This document shows, piece after piece, positions 53,937-64,000 of a stretch of DNA of 64,000 nucleotides (positions are counted from its first letter, which is position 1; each line of letters begins with the position of its first letter). Source of the stretch: Styela clava (taxonomy: Eukaryota); assembly GCF_964204865.1 (NCBI RefSeq), contig NC_135252.1:15500001-15564000 (forward strand), read 5' to 3'. A program made the position numbers and the translations under genes. Below the pieces are notes generated by a model. The model was not told where the DNA came from and made no database searches. It was given only the letters and a program-made list of their open reading frames with translations.

Positions 53937-56900
53937 ATGCCATCTGTAAACTGCCCGTGGACAGACTGTGAGTACTCAACACCAGAACATGCAGACTACA
54001 CCGCAGCCGTGAGTCTCCTTCAACTTCACAAAGAAGCAACACACTCCATCCCTGTTACCCCTACGACGAGGATGGAAAAGCCCAAAAGACCCACTGTCGC
54101 TCCTAGAGGCACTGCAGAAGAATGGACATACTTCATACAAAGATGGAATGAATACGAGGTAGCTGCCCGAATATCCGGCGTCGACATCATCTACCAACTT
54201 CTCGATTGCTGTACAGAAGAATTGCGCAGAGGCATTTCACGAACCTACAGCAACGTGTCCTCCACCGATGAGCCTACCACACTTGATCGTATCATGTCTT
54301 TGGCTGTCAGAAAAGAAAACATTCTCGTCGCCAGAGTCGAGCTTCACAAGTTGCTACAAGATCGAGATGAACCTGTTAGAGCTTTCCTTGCCCGCTTACG
54401 CGGAAGCAAATGAAAGTGGTAGACGTTCAGCTGGACTCCTCCACGCCGACAAAGTCTCCTCTGCTGTAAACAGCTCTTTCAAGAGGCGAGCTAGCATGAA
54501 AGGCTCTCGTGAATTTGACAATTTGAAAAAGATTTCATGTGATTACTGCGGCAACAAACATCATGGTCCAAATAAAGATCGATATAAATTTTGCCCGGCG
54601 TATGGTCAGAAATGCACCTACATGGAGAACAAGGCAAAGGCGCACAAGACCTAACTCATCTGCGTCATTCAAAATCAACAAATCCAACACAGATGATAAA
54701 GCCGCTTCTGTATTCGAAGACGACCCGATAGAGATTCAACAGCAAGCGCACATAATTACACTGAACATCACATATACAATGATGTTTGGGAAAATCGACC
54801 ATCAGACTCTCAACCCACCGTAACGGTTTCCGTGTCTCATAATTTACCAGACGCTTCGTCAATTGGACTCAAACCTACTTCCTCGAGGGAAAATACCCCC
54901 GTGCTATATTCAGCTATTGCTGATACATGATGCCAATCATGCTTGGCCGGCACAGTTACTTCATAAGCTTGGTTTGAGAGTCAAAGACCTCCATCCAGTT
55001 AGACTCAGGATGTCTGCTGCGGACAATCACCGAATCACCATTCTTGGTTCACTCACACTAAGGGTGAGCGACCTCACCTTTTCACAGAAGACAAAAACTC
55101 GACAAGTTGTATACTTCACAGATTCTACAGACAGAATGTATTTGTCTCAACAAGCGTGCAAAGCACCAGGGTTAATCTCCAAGGACTTTCCCGCAGTTGG
55201 CGAGCATGAGTGGACCACCGATGCGACTGATGATAGACCCGAAAGCGGAACCAGTCGCAATACATTCACCGATCCCAATTCCAGTTCACTGGCAAGATGA
55301 AGTCAAAGCTGGACTCGATCGTGATTGCCGACTGGGTGTAATTGAACCAGTGCCTTTTGGGGAACCTGTGACCTTGACCTTCAAAAATTGAACAAACACT
55401 GTCTCGGAGAAACGCATCATAATCACTTTTTCACCAGGCACGTGCAGTACCACCCAATACACTAAAATCAGTTTTTGATGCATGGAATGGTTATCACGCA
55501 GTATGATCGACACTACACAACTTTCATCACCCCCTGGGGTCGATGTCGATACTGTGTTGCACCTCAAGGATATATAGCTTCAGGTGATGGATACAGTCGC
55601 AGGTTTGATGAAATCGTATCAGACATACCAAAAAAAATGAAATGTGTTGACGACACTCTGATTTGGTCAGATTGAATTGAGGAAGCATTTTTTCAATCAG
55701 TAGAATGGCTTGACAAATGTGGTCACGTTGGCATCGTTCAAAATCCAACCAAATTCAAGTTTGCGTCACCAACAGTGGATTTTGCTGGCTTTGAAATTGC
55801 TCCCTCCACGGTTCGTCCTTGCAACAGATCCCTTGAGGCCATAGCAGATTTTCCTACCTCTCTGAACATCACCGACATGCGTAGCTGGTTCTGGTCGGTC
55901 AACCAGGTTGCGTTCGCATTTGCATCTGCCAAACACATGCAACCGTTTCGCAACCTACCGTTCAAGTTAACTGATGAACTTGATTCACTTTTTGAAGAAT
56001 CAAAAGTTAAAATTGTCGATGAAATCCGAAAGAACGTAGAAATATTTGACAAGATGAGGACAACCTGCCTTGTCACTGATTAGTCAAAGATGGTATGGGC
56101 TTCTGGCTACTGAAAAAACACTGTGATTGCCTGTCAGCCAAACCATTTTGCTGCAATACGGGCTGGAAGGTTACTCTTGTCGGCAGTCGGTTTACATCAG
56201 GTGCTGAGTCACGCTATTGGCCTGTGGAAGGAGAGGCACTTGCAGTGGTTGATGCTTTAGATAGAACTCGCCACTTCCGTACGGAACTCAGCTGCAGATT
56301 CTGTTTCTCGCCATCCTGTAAGTGACCCAAGCACTCTTGAACTTCCAGATGACATCGATAACAGCACAGCACTCGCATCGATTTGCACAGTCGAGCCAGA
56401 ATGTTCTCACATCTGCACCCAGTCTTCAACCCCAACGGAAATCATCAAATCGATCACTGTGGATCTAACTGTGGATCGGGACAATGTTAGAATGGCAACT
56501 GCTTGTGATCCCACTATGCGTCAACTCACTGATGACATTCAGGAGGGATTTCCAGAGCGTCCGTCAGATCTTATCGCTGAGATTAGGCCTTACCACCAAT
56601 TCAGAGATCACCACACTGAATTTGACGGTGTATGTTTGTACAATGACCGGATCATCATTCCACCAAGCTTGAAGGAAAGAACACTGCGATCACTCCACTC
56701 AGCACACCAAAGACATCTACTATGTGTGCTCGAGCAGAATACTCATTTTTCTGGCCTGGACTCACAGCTGCTATAATGAATACTCTTGCACGTTGCTCAT
56801 CATGCAATAGAATGGAACCCTCTCAGCCAAGTGCCCCTCCGACACAACCTTTACAACCAATGTACCCTTTTCAGTGCATTGCTGCAGACTTTTTCACCTT

Positions 56901-57744
56901 TAAGGGCAACCATTACCTGGTAGCAGTCGTTCGATACAGCAATTGGCCCATTGTCGAAAGAGCGCAAGGAGGTGCGAAAGACCTAATATCCTCACTGAGA
57001 AGAACATTTGTGACATAAGGCATAGACGATGAACTTTTCTTCAGACGGTGGTCCTGAGTTCACTGCTTTAGAAACCACCACATTTTTACGTAACTGGGGT
57101 GTACGACAAAGGATTTCTTCTGTTGCCTTTCCACATAGCCACTCACGCGCAGAGATAGCTGTAAAAACAGTCAAACGACTGATCACAGACAACACTGATA
57201 AAGACGGATCATTGAACACTGACTGCATTCAAAGAGCTATGCTTCAATACCGCAACACACCTGACAGAGACACACGTTTCTCCCCAGCTATGTGTATATT
57301 TGGCCGGCCCATACGAGACTTCATTCCAATACACTCTGGCAAATACACACCCCATATGACATGGCAAGCAACTCCAATGGCCAGAGGAGAAGCTTTTAAG
57401 AAACCGCCTCATGCTCACTGCCGAGCGTTTGTTAGAACATACACGACAATTACATCCACTATCCATAGGTGATCATGTCCGAATACAAAACCAAACGACA
57501 CCAGTATCCCCTTTGATGAAGAATTTCCACACTCCTCCTCAACCTGTTGTCTCCTGCATTGGCACAACCAACAGTTCCTCAAAGACCTCCACCCGATGTT
57601 CAACGTCTACCTGGTTCCCAGATGACTAAACCTATTCTAGAGCCTTCACTCGATAATGATGCGTCGGAAATCAACACCCAAGAAGATGAACAGAACCCCA
57701 AGGGCATTAAGAGCGATAATGCCACACAATTGCCCAAGACTTAG
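53937..57744 (+). mobile_element. Degenerate Ty3/Gypsy LTR retrotransposon (gag-pol), LTRs not seen
   Basis: gag 53937-54650 with a Cys/His knuckle (CDYCGNKHH...CPAYGQKC); protease IADT*CQS (~54916); RT FITPWGR...APQGYIASGDGYSRRFDEI...CVDD; RNase H SRFTSGAESRY...EGEALAV; integrase LHSAHQ...[23 protein letters not shown]. Many frameshifts and stops. Confidence 0.92.
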
Positions 57745-59167
57745 TGAACTGAACCAATCCACAAATATTGGAAAACTCGTAGTCAAACTACGGCCCGATA
57801 AATGGTGAAAACACCAATTTGCCAGTGACATTGACTTTTATCAGTCTTTGCAGCTTCATTTATTGATTTATGCATTGTTCGAGTCTTTTGAATACAAGTA
57901 TTTCGATTCAAAGTCTCTTCCCTGATCTGAATGAAGAATCCTTGGTACCCAAAATCGTGAAAAAAATTGGGGAACCAATGCATCAACAGTGGTGTCAGCT
58001 CGTTGATTTGGTAACGCGAAACATTCTACCCACTTAGAAAAATAATCCAAAGAAGCAAAATGTGTTCATTTCCATTTTCAGTCACTGGCAGTGGTCCAAG
58101 AAAATCGATGGTAATCCTCTCCATAAGAGCTCCAGATATAAGCTGTTTAAGATCTCCTTGCCTTCTTCCATAAAGCATTTTTGTTGAATCACAAGACTTG
58201 CAGAATTTGCACCATCTCAGAATGTCCTCTCTGAAACCTGGCTAATAAAATCTACGCCTCACACTTTTGAAAGTTCGATTAGTGCCCAAATGACCTGCAG
58301 TGCGCAAAGAATGGAGCCTGTGAAACAAATCCTGCCTCAAGTTTGATGGGACAATCAATTGGATATGGGATTCCTCCAATTTACAATCAGGAATTCATCG
58401 GCGATAAAGAAGTCCCATTATCTACAAAATTCAAATCTTATTGCGACATTAAACGTCTGGTCACTGTTGATTCAGGCATGTATTCTTGAATGTCAGGTCT
58501 CTGAACTGAAATTTGTTTCCATTTAAAAACAGCAGGAATATCGGGATCTTCACTTTGCCAAGATTTATTTTGCTCCTCTATGTATGTATCTAGCCAATTA
58601 CAATGTGAACTATCTACTGATAAAAGACTGGGCTGTTTAGAGATTGCACTTACAATAAGACTATTCACAGTTACATCATCATTGGTACCACAATCAGAAC
58701 AATCTCCTCGTTTACATTTGCAAACTTGGCGTGACAATCCGTCAGTATTGCCATGTTTCACGCCAGGTCTGTGTTTATTCTTAAAGTCATAAGCTCTAAG
58801 TGTTAATATCCACCTTGCTAACATTCCTTGTGGTTCAGAAAAATTAATCGACCACTTTATAGCAGCATGGTCTGTGCGAATTCTAAAAAGTCTCCCCAGA
58901 AGAAAATAACTAAAGTGACAAACAGCCCACACCACGGCTTATAGTTCCCGGTGTGTAGCACAGTATCTATGTTGAGACTTGGACATAGTTTCACTGGCAT
59001 AAGAAAGTATATGCCCATGCTCGTCAAGCACTTGAGATAACACCGCCCCAATTCCAAAACTACTGGCATCGGTATCTAATACAAACCCACCGATTGTTCT
59101 AGAAAAACTAAGAATTGGGGCCGATGACAGACAATGCTTCAAAGTGTCAAAGACCTTTTGACATCAG

Positions 59168-59268
59168 GGCGACATACCAAAATGACGAACAACCTGAACA
59201 ACCCCAACCTGGTAAATATACTATGTTCAGGTTGTGCGCCATCATGGTACGAATACTTCGGGAGAACC
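59168..59268. mobile_element. Merlin-like palindromic MITE inside Gypsy pol
   Basis: Same family as 31846-31936 (AGGTTGTGCGCCATC...TTCGGGAG); 8-bp TSD GACATCAG. Confidence 0.8.
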
Positions 59269-59479
59269 GACATCAGTACTTCATACAAAAACAATCTTGT
59301 TCCAGGTTAATCGAATAAGAGGTCCAGCAATCGTTGAATATTCTTGAACAAACTTTCGGTACTAGTTCGCTGTACCAAGAAAACAGCGAATATCGCTAAC
59401 AGAATTTGGCGTTTTCCATTCTTTGATAGCCGCAACATTTCCAGAGTCGCAACAGACACCTTCAAATGAAATAAGATAT

Positions 59480-59712
59480 TCTCTTTGCAAAAATCATTCT
59501 CTCGATTTGCAAAAATCCAGATCTCTTCATCACTAATTAATTAATAACTCGCTAATTATACGACATAATTCATCCAAAATCAATAGGCTGATCCGAGATA
59601 TGATGAATGCACAAGCAGATTCAACCTCGCTTTCGTGAGATATCGCGTGTATCTAACAGACAGACAAATACCTTCCAACATACTTACCAATCTTAAGATC
59701 AATAAGTAATAA
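59480..59712 (+). mobile_element. Short insertion in Gypsy RT, HINE/DINE-1-like
   Basis: Interrupts RT between ...KCKLFRH and YLISFEG...; contains ACAGACAGAC and a terminal hairpin TACTTA...TAAGTA. Confidence 0.5.
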
Positions 59713-60489
59713 GAGGTGACGGAAAAGTTTACATTTCGAGGGCTTCAATCGTAAACCGACACGGCGAAGTCTTATGAAAACTTCCCGAAGATTGGAGAGT
59801 GCCATTGGAAAATCACTATCATGAGACATAACATCATCAAGACAATTGAAACACCCATTTCACAGGATATCACCGAAGATATTGTCCATCATCCGTTCGA
59901 ATGTTGCGGGAGCATTCGCCAATCCAAATGGCATCATTACAAAGGGAAAATGATCACGGCCAGGGAACCATTGTGCACCTTTTAAGGACTCAATGATATC
60001 CTCAATACGCGGCAAGGGATATGCGTCCTTATACGTGACATTATTGAGCAATCTGAAATCCACGCAAAACCTGGTGGAATCATCCTTTTTAGGAACTAAG
60101 ACGATGGGAGAAGAATAAGGGGAATCGCTTGGTTCAATGACACCCTGAGCCAGAATAATATCAACAGCTCCCTCTGCGTTCTTCCTACGCACCCACCCCA
60201 TACGGCGAGGAGATTGCCGAGTCGACTGCGGTGTGGTTGTGATGATCCTATGCTTTGCTGCTAAAGTACGGCCAAGTTCACCATCTGGCCATACAAATGA
60301 ATCATGGAATTCAAAAATCAAATTGACCAACGTTGAGTCGGGGTTAGATCTTCAGCGGAATTGACCATGTCATGTAGATGCTCTGGTAATTCAGTAGCTA
60401 TAATCCCTTCGGATTCGTCGACTTGAGTCTGAGGTACTAGTTTAAGGTGTGCAATACCAAGCAAATATCCAAACCTGATCTTTAGTTGT

Positions 60490-61976
60490 CAAGGGCGGAT
60501 TAAGCCCCTTTGGTGCCCTAAGCACTGAAGACTTTGGTGACCTCTTATGTGTAATTTCAATTATAAAAACAATAAACCACATAAGTGTATTATCCATTAA
60601 AAATAATCACAACCAACAGTAAATAAAACAACTTTTACGAACATTTTCAGATTTTTTCACTGTTATATATATCGGCAAACACATAAAATCGGGCCTATAT
60701 AACGGTTGAGCTCTAATTCTGAAGGAGTGTGACAATAAAGATTCATGCCTCTATCTCAACGTGAATTGAAATATCAAATATTACAAGTCACAACTGTATT
60801 TTGCAATTTTACCCTTGCCTAGTAGTCGACCTCAGGGTGGTTCAAGGTGCTAGGTTGATAGACCGCAAAAACTTTTGAGGAGGTCTCGCGGGCCGCAAGT
60901 CGGAGAAAACCTAAAAATGATCGAAATATCGCGAATTTACTTACTTTTAATTTAATAAACAACGAGAGTTTACCGTTCTAATCAGATCGTTATTATGTTG
61001 CATGGGTGGCGTTCTTTTAAAGAAGATATATAAAGCCTTCAGGTATTTAAATATAAATTCCCTAAAATCAACGTTGTATTTTCCGCATCTCGCGTTTGAT
61101 GTCGCTTCAAATTATATTCTTTCGTGACAGATATTACTTGAAATCAAACCAGACACTGTGTGATGGGCAAGGAAATACGTTTCCGCCGTGTTTTCCTTAT
61201 GCCACTTTTCTTGGGACAATCATTATCAATCGAATTATTATATTTGAGTAATTAAAAACTCGTAGCGTGAGCAAGCTTAGTGCCATCGTCAAATAACCAC
61301 CGAGTCCGTCTAAGTTGGTATTTCGAGACCTTGCTGAAAAAAACTGGATTGCGCGGCGTTAGGTCGGCTCTGAGTTTCGTCACTACTGTCACATGGCCCA
61401 CGCTTGAAAACAGAGGAGTGTTTTTACTAAAATAAAGGCACAAAGCGTTAGAAAAAGGGGTTTAAAACACGGGATTCCAACCCCAATTGGAATATTTAAA
61501 AAAACTTAAAAACGCTCTGCTATTCGATACAAATATACGCTAAAATTGTTCTGTGGGCCGCACGGAATGTATCAGCATGACAGGGTGTGGACCATCCTGG
61601 TCTACCCTATCAAAAAACTCCCGACTTCGCTGACCACTAGATCGTTGAAATGCGATCGTGGAATCTCCACATAGTGCAAATAGTTCATTGGTCCAATTGT
61701 TGGAGCGAAAAGAATTTTTTTAAAACAAAATGCAGCAACGAGGAGAATACTAGGAAAAAAAAACAACAATTTTACAAAACAACTCATAGGCCCATTTCGT
61801 GTCCAATAAATAAGTTTAAGTGTTTATTTTTGGTAAAGAAGAATAATATAATACTTAAAGACGAAAAATGAGCAAACATTTTGAAGTTTGAGCTGTATGG
61901 TGAACTCGTAATATATATTTTAAATAAACACCGATAATATATATAAAATTCTGCTATAAAAATTTCTGTGGCGCTG
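60490..61976. mobile_element. DNA-transposon-like insertion in Gypsy pol, containing a nested hAT MITE (60833-61599)
   Basis: Flanked by TTAGTTGT / ATAGTTGT; removal restores the pol linker frame (GTQLKIRFGYLLGIA). The inner element has TIRs CAGGGTGGTTCA / TGGACCATCCTG and a degenerate TSD GTCGACCT / GTCTACCC. Confidence 0.7.
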
Positions 61977-63349
61977 ATAGTTGTGTCCCTTACTGGTTGA
62001 CCGCTAGAATAGGAACAGTAGACTTTTCAGGATCCACCACAGAAGAGATCAGCTGAACGCCATCAGCAAGGTAAAATGAATTCAGCGGTTCAACAAGAGC
62101 AGCAACATCAGACAAAGTACTTTTCGGCCAAGGATGACTAAGTTGTGCAGGAATAACAACCTTGGAATATGGCGGTATCGTAACATCTTTTTGAACGGTT
62201 ACACGACACAGACTTTTCAGTGAACAGTCAGATTTCATGACCCCTATTATTCAGATGATAAGTAAAGAACGCAATCATGTTCTCGGAGATAGTCCATGCC
62301 TAAAGTGCCATTTGACATGCCTAGGTTGGCAACAACCACAGTACGTCGTGATGCAAAAGAATCAATTGACAAATCAACTTCCAATGTACCCAGTGGTGGT
62401 AATTAATGCCCTCCACAGCAACAAGAGATTCTTCGAAAGGTGCCAATTGTGCTTCCTTCCCACCTATAGCCTCAAAGATGGAAATGTCAATAAGAGTAGT
62501 CATTGCACCATTATCTACAAGAAAATTGGACGGTTGATTGTTTACGAGCACCTTTGCATGCCAACTATTGTCATATTGCAAAGAACAAATATTCAGATCT
62601 ATATTATGGTTCGTTGGTCTGTATCAAACAAATACTTCAGAGGACACTGGAACCTCAATTCCGCTAAGTGTCGTTTAAATTTGCGGTCGAAGAAGAAGCA
62701 GCTGTTGCAAGATCAGCGGGATGCTGAAGATGTGGACAATCCCGTTTAAGATGACTAGTCTGCTCGCAATTAAAACATGCCTTGCAATCTCTACCTCAGT
62801 GACCATGTATACCACATCGAGGACATGGGTTGCGTGGTGTACCACCAAAACTGCGATTGTTGTTAAAGCGCGGCTTATTAACATATCCTAGTATCTCATC
62901 TAGTTTTGCTAAAATGCGTTCGCCAATACTGTCTACGAAAGATATGTCGTTTTGCTGGTTAGCTACATTACTAGTATCACTCTGTTTCACTGCTGCAATG
63001 CGCGGTTTAGGCATGCCCTTCCTCTCAAAGTGGTTCGTATCAACAGAGTAATACAGTGTCGCCAGAGATAAAGCACTTTCAAAAGTATCAGGCTGTTGAA
63101 TGGTAACATGTTTGATCATGTTTTTATCAGCTAAACCAGCGAGAAACTGAGATTTCAAAATATCATCCTGACCAGCAATATCAAGATTTGGGTAAGCAAG
63201 AATAACAAGCTCTTTCAATTTGTTACCATAATCCCGTGGCGCTTCATTTGTCTTAGTTCTACTACAATGTAGTACGATGTGAGCTCGCATTTCCGGCAGG
63301 TTCAAAATAATGAGCCACAATATCATGATAGCTAGTACGTTCCATATCT

Positions 63350-63935
63350 ATCGAAATATTGTCAAAACATTATCGGACTGTGACACGATTGTGATTCAAT
63401 AGACGCGTTCTTAACCTCGCTTGGGTCATTGCAGCAAACTTCTGGGATAAATACCGTGGTTACGGAGAATTTATGGGCTCCTCATAAAAAAAATTTTGTT
63501 CCATAATAGGCTGCGCAAATATTTGCAGAGGCACAAGAACTCTGATATGGACAGTTATAAGTTGTAACAATAGTTTGTTGTCGGCATTTGGATATAGTAA
63601 CTGATGGGTTAATATTGGATGACATATATCATTTCATCGAAAGCTGAATTTTGTTGCAGGTAAGTTTTGTAGATTTGACCTTATTAACTATTCGAAATCT
63701 GGTCCCCCTGAGCGTGTATACAACTTATCCAGTAGTATTCTGCTCACTCAAAATAAGTTTAAACTACTTTTAGTTCATATAACTGTTTCTTCATATTTCT
63801 TTAAAACAACTTTTCACCATTTGAATATATTTTTGCATAAAATAAATTAGGGCATGATAAAGAAATATAAAGACTTCCGTGAAAAACGCCACTCTCTAGT
63901 TGATACTTCACAACGGGCGTTAGAGGCATGCTCCT
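63350..63935 (+). repeat. Diverged copy of the XDH upstream region
   Basis: Colinear with 35981-36545; the donor TTGCAG|GTAAGT is kept at 63659/63660. Confidence 0.8.
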
Positions 63936-64000
63936 GTCACGGACGATGATGTTGCTATCGTGGTTGTAGACAAATCAGAAGACTCAACGGTTCGGGATTG

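Larger units (their letters stand above)
57745..63330 (-). mobile_element. Second degenerate Ty3/Gypsy element, opposite strand and different lineage, with nested insertions
   Basis: gag 62796-63326 with CPRCGIHGH; protease FLVDNGA; RT FCVDFRLLN...DAYPLPRI...MPFGLANAPATF...LDD; RNase H DTDASSFGIGAVLSQ...YCATHREL...RTDH; integrase DYFSKWVECFA...HSDQGRDFES. Confidence 0.92.

Overview
This is AT-rich, intron-rich metazoan genomic DNA; the compact GT-AG introns, repeat types and mosaic CpG content suggest an ascidian/tunicate (inference). Four spliced + strand genes can be built exon by exon: the 3' part of an Ataxin-2-like gene (PAM2 motif, stop at 5572), DNTTIP1 (10543-16012), Rab35 (21306-24117) and a complete 29-exon xanthine dehydrogenase (37096-51100, 1332 aa). 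Between Rab35 and XDH lies a decayed minus-strand LRR gene split by a four-level nest of DNA transposons. After XDH come two degenerate, convergent Ty3/Gypsy elements carrying further insertions, then a diverged copy of the XDH upstream region, which suggests a tandem XDH paralog just beyond the window. The most unusual signal is not a standard feature. Most introns of the Ataxin-2-like gene, and several in DNTTIP1 and Rab35, contain long, sequence-unrelated sense-strand hairpins rich in G-U pairs, and three of them bury the 5' splice site. All folding was done by eye and needs computational confirmation. I found no CRISPR, rRNA or bona fide tRNA gene.
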